A stretch of DNA of 63,996 nucleotides, the filler included, from Polymyxa betae A26-41 (taxonomy: Eukaryota > Protista > Endomyxa: Phytomyxea): assembly GCA_003693705.1 (NCBI GenBank). It is 5 parts of 5 records of this genome, joined end to end, with 100 filler letters (N's around TTAATTAATTAA, not from the genome) between each part and the next. Parts side by side here need not be neighbours in the genome. Positions count along the whole stretch, not along the records: positions 37,325 to 54,472 come from RBZT01000321.1; positions 54,573 to 59,996 come from RBZT01000905.1; positions 60,097 to 63,996 come from RBZT01000586.1; 2 more parts are not named here. One strand, 5' to 3'. The position numbers and the translations under genes are program-made. Below the pieces are notes generated by a model, which worked only from the letters and a program-made list of their open reading frames with translations, searched no databases and was not told the origin of the DNA. Shown in pieces: positions 50,013 to 60,899 of this stretch (positions within the stretch are counted from its first letter, which is position 1; the number at the start of each line of letters is the position of its first letter).

Positions 50013-53000
50013 TCGGCGCTACCGCTTCAAACATCTTTGTGATCATATCTAATCAGTATTCTATAGTGTTTTGCCTTCGCTTTTTGTCCTTTTTTTTTGT
50101 TTTTCGTAGAATTCAGGCCGATGCGATATAGGCCGGCTTCATGGTCACATCCTACTGCTGCGATTGCGACGATTCCTGATTGGCAGCCATTATCTCGGAG
50201 ACTTCGATGTACCTGAGCGGAGCCATTCGGATATGCAAAACAGCGGTAGAGAAGCTCTATAGCCCGTACCGTGTATGAATCATCTGCTAAAGTCCGCTCC
50301 ACACATTAGTTCCAGCTTCGCTTTTCATTCTGTTATCGACTTTATTATGGAATGCATTCGAGAGCATTGCGATATGTTGCGTTTAGCGTCGGGGCGATAC
50401 ACTCAGCCATTGCGATTGGGGTCGGGAAGTGTGCCAAGGTAAAGAACCCAAATCGTGCATGTACCCCGTGACCGTGAATTTCACAATCCAGCATTCATAA
50501 CTGGAAAATTTGAGAATCAAACAGTCTCAGATCAATTTAAAGAGAAAGCCATCGGAGCTTGTCCCCGATCACATGAAGGCTGCTTGCTTACTTGGTCCTT
50601 CTTCGGCGGCTCCGCAGAGCCTTGAGCACTTTCCCTCTCTCAAACATTCCGATGTTCTTTTTCAAGTATGCGCCCGAGGATCCTGAACACAGGCCGGGCC
50701 ATGACCCCCGTTAGCTTATCCTCCTGCCAGGTAAAAATAACCAAGCCACGATAAAGACAAGTCCCGACTAACAGATTAAAATACAGAGCTTGGAACTAAC
50801 CTTAGCCTTTTAACGCCGTTTTCTGAACCCCAAATATTGTTGCAACACAATCGGTGGCTGCGTTCACTACCTCGATGCGACAGCTGTGACGACGGATGAC
50901 GCTCTGGCGATTTGTTGTCAGAGGATCTTTCTATACACCAATTGCGGCTATTTCATTTTAGGATTCACACTCATATTCAGTCTAAGCATGAAGCCCATCA
51001 GCTCCTTTTGCTTTCTGGTAAAAAACAATGTACGTTGAAAACATTCGGACATTCGGCACTGCAAGTCAGTATCATTATAACATCTCTATAGGGTTAGGGT
51101 TTGACATTCGGCATCCTACAGACCGGTTGGCGTCCTGTTCCGAAATTTGAAAGATTTCTATTCAAAGCTTCGTTTGTTTGAGAAAAAACTGAAAGCTTCG
51201 TTTGTTATGTTATCTTCCCATGTCTGACAGATGAAGCCGTGATTGGAATTAGAAGCTGCCTGGATCCCCGCAGCAGGATCTGCAAAGGCAACAGTGGTGG
51301 CGGTCCGAAAGATGATCAAAGCCTCCATTACAAAAACGTCGATTCCCCGAGTTCCGGACTTTGTAAGCCGGACGAGGCGATCCGTACGCTGGTGTATCAT
51401 AGTCGGGTGATTGTAAGCAGGCACCGGTCGGTATTGCGGCTGACTGTAACCTTCGTCTTGCAAAGATGGAATCGTATAGAAGGGGCGGCGGGGTGGTGGG
51501 GTCTGACCCCAGAACCCCAACCCCATGGCGCACACGATAAAGACCCCGGTTGTAGATGAAGGGGTCCGCGAAGGTGTAGTTAAAAATGTCTATCAGGAGG
51601 TGCTGTGAAGATTACTGGGGTGAGGGGGTCCCCTATATCGGTAGTTCATCCCGAAGTGGTGGTAACATGGAATATGACCCAGTTGTTGGAGCCCAGTCGG
51701 AATGGTCGACCATCGTTCGATCCAGAATGCGAGAATCGGAAGTTACGAAAAATAATCCAAAGTTTAAAAGATGACTGAATCCGTGACACGCTGTCCGGCC
51801 AGGATTTTTGGCAGGTCGTGTTACCATTTGCTCTCTTCGTTTTGTAACTCTGATTTTGTATGAATCATATGACTTTTAAAACACCTAAGCTGACCTCAAA
51901 CGGTCGTTACAATGTAATCTCGTGGGATGTGGATTGAATAGATCATTGCATTGCGATTCTGCGGTTAAATTTGTAAAGGGGTGATGCTGGATTCTGTTGC
52001 CATTCACGTTGCCTTTTTCAAATATTTCATCTCCGCCGATTGAGATCGTGTGCAGGTAGACGTGCTCTAATGGGAGGCCATGCAGCCCACCAAGCATCTT
52101 TCTAGCGAACCCTAAAACCCTAACCCTGGGTTCAGAACTTCGATCACTTGTCCTGCTGTTCTGATATTCTCATAAGATGGCGTTAACTCCATAAAAAAGT
52201 TTCTTTATCCAGACCGACAATTCTCTATAATTGCTTTCTGGCTGAGAGCTCGACTGAACCTCTCTGTCTGATTCAGCAGATCATCTGTTAGAATGTTGCC
52301 GATAATATTGAATGCGGAGAGCGATGAAAATTGCTGGAGCACCTCCAGCTAGCAATAAGCAGATATTTTATAGATCTGCGACCATTCTAACAACGAGAGC
52401 GGTTATTATGGCTACAGGTAAAGAGATAGCAACAAGCAGGAGAAGTTCAGCAATCGCTGTGTACTTGTTCCGGACAATCCAGCTGCTTAATAAAGCGGAG
52501 CCTGTAACGACAGCGCCCAGGACGGCGAACGCCAGCAGATACAGGGTATCGTGTTGCAGGTCGGTGGCCAGTATGACTGAGCGGCCGGCGCGTCGATGAT
52601 GATCGAGGAGCGTGAATGGTTCCCAGATTGACGGGGTTGTTAGACGATCTGGTATTGAGGTGAACCTCGCTCGTGTTCCGTATTGTGACTGCAGTCCAGT
52701 TACGTCCTTCTGTAACCCCAACATTTGTATCAAACATGCAGAACGATTCATCCGCCGATTCAACAAATTTCGAGTAACTTTTTTTGTTTTTTCTTTTGTA
52801 AACCTTATTTCTCTATATCAACATTGAATACACCTTGCTGGCCGATTCAACCGCACTGAAATTGATTCTGCTGTGGTCAGTTGAATACTTCTTTAAACAG
52901 ATGAAATTGATCGGTTTATGAACGGACTTCAGCAATCGGCCGATACAAAAAACTCAGATGATGTTAATCGGTAAACAAACACATTTGGTTTTAGAAAAAG

Positions 53001-53105
53001 CATTCAGAATACACATTGCCCAGATATGGCCACGATCGACATCAATATAAATTGCCATCAGATCGGATTTTCCAACAAGAAAAAACCCTAACCATCCACC
53101 ATCCT

Positions 53106-53545
53106 TGTTATCGACTATAGTAGCTGTGGCCTATGGCTTCAGCTTCATCTGGGTCGTGGAACATGTTGAGATGATCCGGGTCTGGACGAAGATGATCCGG
53201 GTCTGGACTCAGCGTCTGATGATGCCATACTATCTACATTCAGATGCAGACGTATTAGTATCCAGAATCAAGTGCTCAATTTATTCAGGACAGAAGATGG
53301 GTCGTCACAAGTCGGGCTGCCGGCGCACGTTGCCAGCAGCCAGTCACCTAGTCCAGCGCCAGGTGGTCACCGCCCTCGGCGCAGCCCAGTGCAGTTCCCG
53401 TCGTGGTCGCTGTCTTAACACTCCCGCCCGACAACGCGGGGAATGCTCTTGCCGACATGAACTTAGCCCGCAGTCTCGTGAACACATCCAACGGCACGGC
53501 CTTCGTCAACACGTCAGCGATCATCTCAGAAGTGGGACAATATTC
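53106..53545 (-). mobile_element. Copia 3' end: RNase H tail, PPT and LTR (53106-53420)
   Basis: CPTSEMIADVLTKAVP; GGGCGGGAG then TGTTAA...ATAACA. Confidence 0.8.
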
Positions 53546-53816
53546 TTAGGGATATATAGGTGGTTCCTCGACAAATATGCTAGGGCTTGTGAAGCAGCCT
53601 CCATATATATATATATTAGTATAAATTTTTACATCATTAGAAAGCTCATGAAATATCCGGCCACTGTGACCAAGTAGGGAGCCGCCATCTCGTTGTCAGC
53701 CGCCAGTAATGCCATTCGAATGCATTCGAATGCAATTGTTAGTCTTCCAATGTTAGTAAGGATACCACGGAGATCGCAGTTTTTGTCTCCTACAATCCGT
53801 CACATCGCCTAACAAT

Positions 53817-53903
53817 TTCACCGCATTTCCAACGCATTTTCACCGCATTTCCACCGCATTTTCACCGCATTTTCACTAGGGTTAGGGTTAGGGTTTAGGG
53901 TTT
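53817..53903. repeat. 11-bp tandem repeat (CACCGCATTTY, about 5 copies) fused to four telomere-like repeats
   Basis: TTCACCGCATTT units followed directly by TAGGGTTAGGGTTAGGGTTTAGGGTTT. Confidence 0.9.
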
Positions 53904-53991
53904 GGATGTTGAGTTTGCACACTGACAACCAGAATGAGCAGAAGAGTTGGCCCGGGATCGCTTAAATAGCGGCCCAGGGCCCCTGGGTACA

Positions 53992-54354
53992 GTTCATGGT
54001 GGAAGCGCCTGACTGGGGATCACTGGCTCGCCAGTGGGCGCTCAGGAGCTGCCCGTCGTTCCTGGCGGTCCGCGTGCTCTCTGAGCTGCAAATTCCCATG
54101 GGGAGCCAGAGAGCTGTCCGTCGTTCCTGGCGGTCCGCTCTCCCTGTAGATCGCGCCTCAGTCCATTTCAGAGGGCTGCCCGTCGTTCCTGGCAGTCCGC
54201 TCCGCTTAGAGGTCGCGCCGGGCCTTCGGCCCTGCAATCCCAGTCATGAGAGGTTCCGCCGGCATGGTATACATGTGGTGGTACCTCCGGGTTGCGCTCG
54301 TTGGTCGGAGGGGCCTCCTATCTATACTTTAGGTAGGCCTAGGTAGCTATTTTT
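53992..54354 (+). ncRNA. Candidate structured ncRNA with three 28-nt hairpin repeats separated by 37- and 34-nt spacers
   Basis: Repeats at 54046-54073, 54111-54138 and 54173-54200; long-range stem TGACTGGG/CCCAGTCA; several hairpins including a UUCG loop; upstream TTAAATA; terminal T-run. Family and strand unproven. Confidence 0.45.
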
Positions 54355-54572
54355 CAGATATATCCGTGGCGCATTTTATTTTTGGGCGACATTAAATATA
54401 TACATGCATTTGCCGTGGCTAGTAGAGCCATTTAGTTTTGGTTTCACGGACTTAGGGTGCGTTTGGCTATCTNNNNNNNNNNNNNNNNNNNNNNNNNNNN
54501 NNNNNNNNNNNNNNNNTTAATTAATTAANNNNNNNNNNNNNNNNNNNNNNNNNNNNNNNNNNNNNNNNNNNN

Positions 54573-55661
54573 ATGAACTTGTATGAAATCCGGTGAACTC
54601 GTCCTCGGAATCTTCACTTGTCGCCACCGTCGTTTTGTTGTTCTCCGCCTTTTGTTTTTCTTTCTTGAGTTCAGGATGTAGTATCCAGCATGTTTCCTTG
54701 GTGTGTCCAATTCTCTTGCATTTGCTGCACTTTTTCTTTTTGTAGCGTTTCAATTGAGAATTTAAGGACTTGATCTCTGTGTTCAGGGTCTTAATGTCCA
54801 CCTGCTCGGGTTTCTTGGTGTTCACGGCGTTGTCTCGCTCGGCGGACAGCAGAATGTTCGTCAGCGTCGGAATTGAGGCAACTTGAGATGCCCTCGCTGC
54901 TGCTTTGATCTGCGCGTACGTGTCTGGAAGGCCATCTAGGGCTTTGGCACATAGCGCCAGTTCCGTGATCTCGATGTTGTAGACCCTTAGATCATGATAC
55001 AATTCCACGAGCTTGTCCAGATATTGTTTCATAGGAGTGCTTGTCTTTTTCTCGAAGTGAATAAACTGGATGAATAGGTTGGCAGCTTTCGATTCAGCTG
55101 TCTGCTCGTAGATCTTACTCAGCTTTGACCATATNNNNNNNNNNNNNNNNNNNNNNNNNNNNNNNNNNNNNNNNNNNNNNNNNNNNNNNNNNNNNNNNNN
55201 NNNNNNNNNNNNNNNNNNNNNNNNNNNNNNNNNNNNNNNNNNNNNNNNNNNNNNNNNNNNNNNATTTTGAGAGATCGACTTCCTCTTCGAGCCAATGTGG
55301 TGATCGGCGTTGGACGTGGACTTGGCTTGCAGCTCGGCTGGCGCGTCGACTCGCCGATCGGCTGTCTTGGGCGTCATGTTCATCTGCGCCCTGATTGTTT
55401 GCTCCGCGTCTTGTAGTGACCATGTTCGAGAGCGCTGGGACTCTTAATCTGTTAGACGGGAGAGGATTCTACCGAGAGAGGAATAGTTGTCAACAGAATG
55501 TGTTCACTAAAGAAGTGGAAGTTTTATTTTTCAAGACAAGAATCGTATCGTAGCCTAAGGCGTTGATTCAATCAGTTCCGACTTCCGATGGCCTTGGCGG
55601 TTGACGTCACTTCCGTCGGAGGCGGCCGAGATAGCGCAACCCTGCCTTTCTGGCTAAGACA
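54573..55661 (-). mobile_element. Copia 5' portion: LTR (~55450-55661), PBS, gag with CCHC knuckle
   Basis: IWSKLSKIYEQ...LDGLPDTY gag and CSKCKRIGHTKETC; LTR TGTTAG...AAGACA; PBS complementary to the tRNA-Lys anticodon arm. Confidence 0.85.
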
Positions 55662-56090
55662 AGAGATATATGTAAGAATAGGTCAGTTGGGAGACCTATG
55701 TGTCTATACTATGGACGTCATGGGTTCAATTCTGGGTCAGGTCTTCATTTTTTACCCATTATCATCCCCATTATCATCCCCATTTAATTCATGGTGGGCC
55801 GGTGGGTTTATTTTGATTGATATTTTGATGAATACGTGGAAGTGATATAAAAAATTTTTATTCTGTGCGATTTCGCTGATTTTGCCTGGCACGAAAGGGG
55901 GGTTGCCTGGCACGCTTGCCTGGCACGAAAATATAAGGATTATTATAAATAAATATCAGATTAATATATTGTCATTTTTTAAATCTGATTTCAAAAAGTA
56001 CAAATGGCGGATTGAGAGGGATTAATCTATCAGAATGGGCGGATTAATCTCTTGTCATTTTTGAAAATTGAACTCAAAAATCACGCCCCA

Positions 56091-56285
56091 GAGTAGAAAA
56101 CCAGAGTGTCATTTTCAGAACTCAAACCCAAAAATGACACGTTATAGGGCCTTATAACGTCATTTTTAGAATTTATTTTCAAAAATGACGCATTAAAAGG
56201 TCTTTTAAGGTCTTTTAATTAAAAGACCTTTTAATGCGTCATTTTTGGGTTTGAGTTCTGAAAATGACACTCTGGTTTTCTACTC
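56091..56285. repeat. Perfect 48-bp inverted repeat around stacked Harbinger-like termini
   Basis: 56091-56138 is the exact reverse complement of 56238-56285; internal palindromes ACGTTATA/TATAACGT and TGACGCATTAAAAGGTCTTTTAA/TTAAAAGACCTTTTAATGCGTCA. Confidence 0.9.
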
Positions 56286-56299
56286 GCATCGACCTTATT

Positions 56300-58583
56300 C
56301 GTGAGTGACTGTACTACGAGCGGAAACGGGAGGTTAAGCCGAAGGGGCACGTTTCTGGGGCACCACCTGAGCGCGGGCTGTGTTCGACCGGATCACCGTT
56401 TGGTGGAAGCGGTGGCTGAATACCCGACGCCGAGAGACAAGAAGACGCTGAGAACATTTCTGGGGCTTGCGGGATATTATTGCCATTTTATCCCCGGTTT
56501 CGCGGCAATTACGGCGCCTTTAACGGATTTAACCACGAAGACGGCGCAATGGAGCTGGGAACACGAGCATCAGGAGGCGTTCGAACGCATCCGCAGACTG
56601 CTGACAGAACGACCTGTGTTGCATCACCCTGATTTCTTTCGTCCCTTCATCGTGCAGACAGACTACTCCAGTCGGGCAATCGGAGCGGTCCTGAGCCAGT
56701 GCATGACGACAAGCAGGAATACCCGGTAGCATATCTCTCCCGGAAGTGCAGGGGGAAGGAGAAAACGTATTCGGCGTGGCGAGGCGAGGCAGTGGCCATC
56801 CGCCATGCCCTAAAGAAATGGCGGTGCTACCTCGAGGGCCAACAGTTCATCATCGAGACGGACCACAAACCGCTAAAATACCTGCGCAAAGAAACCGTCG
56901 ATGCGCAACTATGTCGGATCTGGGAGGCGCTAGAGGCTTTCGACTACGTCATCCGGTATGAGAATGGCGCGAAGAACCAAAATGCCGACGCATTGAGCAG
57001 AATGGAGGAGTACGAGCATGAGGTGGGCCGACCGCTCCGGGAGGAGATGCTGCAGAGCGAATCAGAGACGGAGAGTGAGGATGATAGCGTTCCCGACGTG
57101 AACACAGTCGTGATTGGCAATTCGGGCATCGTCTTGGAGTCGGAAGCCGCAGCAGGTCTGAGGAGCCGCCAGCAAGCCGATCCCGTATGGGAGCCACGGA
57201 TTATCGCGATTGAAACAGGACAGGATCTCGACCAGGCGAACGCAAGAGAGTTCGTATTGGGCGCGCACGGGGTACTGGTGAAACAAGCGAGACCGCGCCG
57301 GAAGGATGAAGCACCGCGATATCTGGTATGCATCCCTAACACCGACAGAGAGCAGAGCTTGCAACAAGCACACGATGGTCTTCTGGGAGCCCACTTCGGA
57401 ACCCCCCGCACCCTGGAACGTTTGCAAGCGGCAAGAAGCAACCAGCACGTCTTAACGGTGACCTGTCGGGCTACGCATGCGACCATCTTCATGCCCGTAA
57501 AGAGCCTGTCAGCGACGGAGACAGCGGACGCCTTGATTCAGAATGTGTTCTTGATCCACGGCTTCCCGCGGAAGATCGTGGCCGACCGAAGCACGTCGTG
57601 GCGCAACCAGTTGTGGCAAGCTCTGAGCGTCGTGTTTGGATTCCGGTTAGCAATGACTGTGGCGTACCGGGCACAGGGAAATAGCATGGCAGAACGGTCC
57701 CACCGGTATCTGAACGCATTCCTGAGGACGTTGACGATGACGATAAGCCCCGCTGGGATCGACTTCTTGGTTTCTTGACGTTTGCTTATTGTCAGGGAGC
57801 GTGCGCGACCACGAAGGAGACCCCTCACTATCTGGAGTATGTACGCGAATTGAGAGGACCGCGGACCTACGACGTGAAGATACCGACGGAACCCATGGCC
57901 AGCAATCAGTTGCAATAACTGGAGCAGCTCCGACGGAGACTGAAGGCGGCCCGGAGTGTCGCGGAGCAGACGGCGGGGGGGCGTACCGCCAGCGCACGAG
58001 GCGCGCGAACCTGAACCGACGAGAGGTCACCTTTACGGAGGGCCAGCTGGTGTGGGTCTCACGTCCGGCCACCGAGGCAGCCCTTGGGCCACAGCCTTTC
58101 CGGCGACTCCTTCCACGGCTGACTGGCCCCTGGCGAGTATTAGAACGTCACGACGGCGCGCCCGGAACCTACCGCCTTCAGCATACCACCACGCAGCAGC
58201 GCGCGTCATTTCACATTGATCAGATGACGCCGTTGTACAACGGACACGAATCAAGCGAGAGCCAGGCCGCCTCTGATGTGGGGTCTACTGGGGATCAGTC
58301 CGTCCCCGCGCCTGAGCCAAGCTCGTCCGACGAGGATGGCGATACCGCTGGGGAGGTCTTCGGGTCCGGTTCTGATAACAGCGGATTCGGATCGTACCAC
58401 GCGAGCGACTTTGAGTCGTTGGAAGATAACAGCGACGGCGGTGACGAGGCGGCGACATTCACTTTCCACGGCCACCTTCCCGCTAGCGGGGCTATGGGGC
58501 GGCGGGCGACTCGAACGAGGGCGCGCTCGGTGCGTGTGCAGGAGTCCCCCGGCGCTCTCCTGCTTACACAGTTGTTATTGACA
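56300..58583 (+). mobile_element. GC-rich Gypsy pol remnant of a different lineage (RT thumb, RNase H, internally deleted integrase, GPW motif)
   Basis: FLGHH...FLGLAGYY..FIP, TDYS...GAVLSQ, TDHKPL, NADALSR, HFG, GFPRKIVADR, LTGPWRV. Confidence 0.88.
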
Positions 58584-59996
58584 TAAAGTTAGAGACAAAA
58601 GCAGGAAAACTGATATTACCAAATCAGAGATGTCTCATATGGGATCAATTAAACACTGAAGTCCTTTTGTGAAATGATATTTTGATCACATTGGGCATCG
58701 ATCCTAAAAAGGCATTGGATTCGTTAATTGAAAATCATGATTCATATAATGTTGATCATACAACTTCAGAAGGTTTTGAAATTGAAGAACACATTGACTC
58801 AGTTATTTTATGTCTGATTAAACATAAAGTGAAGGATGCTCTATTGAATGGTTTAGATCCTAAATTTGAAAAAGCATTATTGAAATTACTGATAACTCAG
58901 AAAGATGTATTCAGAATCAAATTAGGTCCGGATTCGCCGGCTTATGTCGAACCTTTTAAGACAGAATTAATTGATAATTGGAATCCAATAAAATGTTAGG
59001 TTCGCAAATACACGAAAGAACAAAGTGAATTTCTGCATGAATTCACGACTTGTTGAAACAATAAGGCTTAATATATGAAAACTATAATGCTAAATGGGCA
59101 AGCCCAGTGCAAGTTGTAAAAAAGCTGAAAGGATTCCGTATGTGCGTAGATTTGAGAGCTGTCAACTCTCAATGTATCTCAACTGCCTGGCCTATGCCAT
59201 TTTTGGAATCTATTGTTCAATATTTTTCCAAATCAAACTATAGGTTTATTTTAGACGCGTTTAAAGGGTTTTGGATTATGCCTTTAGATGAAACCTGTCA
59301 GGAAATGTTCTCCTTTATGACTGATCGTGGGGTGTTTACTCCAACTCGATCTATTCAAGGAGCATTGAACTCTGCGACACAATTCCAAGCAAGAATGACA
59401 GATATTTAGTGATTTATTATATAAATCTTTGATCATTTGGATAGATGATCTACTTGGACACGCAGAAACTCAGGAAAAATGGTTAGAAGCGCTGAGTAAA
59501 ACTCTGAAATTAGCGGAAACATTTAACCTAAAATTCAACATTGAAAAGTGCCAATTCTTTCTGCAAGAGGTTAAGTTTTGTGGGAGAATTTTTAAATCCG
59601 ATGGTGTATCTCATGATCCATCTCGGATTCAGGCTTTAGCTAATATGACAACACCAATCTCTGCTCGTGAATCACAGCAGATTTTAATGGCTTCTCAATG
59701 GATGAGTCGATCTATTCCAAATGACAACGGAATTATAACTCCATTGCAGGATTTGTTTAAAACTTCTATGAAGTTAAAAAAAAAAAAACAAAAGCGGTTA
59801 GGAATCGTGTAAAATTATCTAACTTTGGTTGGAACATCCTTCACGATAATGCTTTCAATAAACTGAAAATGACAATTGCTGCTTCTGTTCAATTGGCATA
59901 TCCAAATGAAAACATGATACAATGTGTATTCTGTGATGCCAGCAATCATTCTAGCTCAGGAATTGTAACTCACATTCCGACAGAAGATCTACATGT
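58584..59996 (+). pseudogene. AT-rich WIDD-type Gypsy pol remnant (protease end, RT, RNase H start)
   Basis: RMCVDLRAVN, LDAFKGFW, RSIQGALN, IIWIDDLL; stops and frameshifts. Confidence 0.9.
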
Positions 59997-60141
59997 NNNN
60001 NNNNNNNNNNNNNNNNNNNNNNNNNNNNNNNNNNNNNNNNTTAATTAATTAANNNNNNNNNNNNNNNNNNNNNNNNNNNNNNNNNNNNNNNNNNNNGGAA
60101 GTGGTTTGGGATTGAGTTAGAGTCGGGTTTGGAGGAGTTTG

Positions 60142-60585
60142 AGGATTGGTTGGATTGGATGGATGGATTGGATTTTCTAGTTTGCTGATTTTGTCAACGG
60201 GCGGCGCGGTGACCATCGCGCAAGGCAGGTAGTACTGAGGCATCGCCTCAATATCTACCAGGGGACTCTTACTTCCAGTTTCAGAGCCGATAACTAATTC
60301 ACCCATTTATGTTAGTCTAGATCTCGTTCGGCCCTATTAGTAGGACCTAAGAGAGGTTTGACAAGATAAGGTAGGCACCCGCCCAATCCAACAGGGACTC
60401 GAACCCATGTACCCTAAATCATCTAATACTCCCCTACTGGGTGTTGCCCAGCTTTCAATAATAGTTCGTTATATATAGCATCCGTTATCATATGCGCAGG
60501 AGAGAAACTCTCCCATAAATTCGCTGTGAGTATAAAGTGCTGAATTAAAGTTTCTGATGTCTAATTCCTTGTATTTGTCTCGAAA
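60142..60585 (-). mobile_element. LINE 3' end (ORF end, structured 3' UTR, degenerate (AATCC)n tail)
   Basis: Highly similar to 34521-34930; GGATT/GGAT repeats at 60142-60175. Confidence 0.85.
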
Positions 60586-60601
60586 AATAAATACATTTTG
60601 T

Positions 60602-60899
60602 GATACGCAGTTTTCTGTTACAAAAGGTTTTAAAATTTTCAAAAATGTTATGTTACTTTACCTGCCCCAACAGGCTTAATGATGGCAATGGTAGTATGGT
60701 TCGTTTTCAAAGTTTATATATTAATGTACGTTTTGGGATACGCAGTTTTTCATTACGAAAAATTTGACTTTTTTAACAAGTTTAATGCAATTTTCAAAAA
60801 TGTTATTTTACATTTACCTGCCCAACAGGTCAAACAGGGTCTAACTAATCCTGCTAAATGATGGCCATGGTAATGGTATGGTTTATTTTCAAGTTTAAT
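60602..60899. repeat. Degenerate ~135-160-bp tandem duplication
   Basis: GATACGCAGTTTT...AATTTTCAAAAATGTTAT...TTTACCTGCCC..ACAGG...AATGATGGC.ATGGTA occurs twice. Confidence 0.75.

Noticed and set aside
50027-52766. Several short minus-strand ORFs, possibly spliced genes
   Set aside because: No recognisable motifs, and exon chains could not be reconstructed reliably.
53945-53990. Pistol ribozyme-like TTAAATAG
   Set aside because: The required P1 stem and pseudoknot cannot be formed; HDV and hammerhead cores were not found nearby either.
54046-54200. Bona fide prokaryotic CRISPR array
   Set aside because: Eukaryotic context, no cas genes, only three repeats, and structured, partly similar spacers; kept as an unexplained ncRNA candidate instead.
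54215-54255. SRP/7SL Alu-domain resemblance (GCCGGGC...CCTGCAATCCCAG) and helix-8-like CCAGG...GGCAG on the minus strand
   Set aside because: No downstream S domain, and the helix-8 spacing and AGCAG consensus are not met.
53877-54354. Telomerase RNA
   Set aside because: The telomeric tract has four repeats and lies outside the folded unit; there is no 1.5-repeat C-rich template within it.
60650-60830. U1 snRNA-like TTACCTG starts
   Set aside because: The following sequence is AT-rich and lacks U1 stems and an Sm site; it is part of a degenerate tandem repeat.
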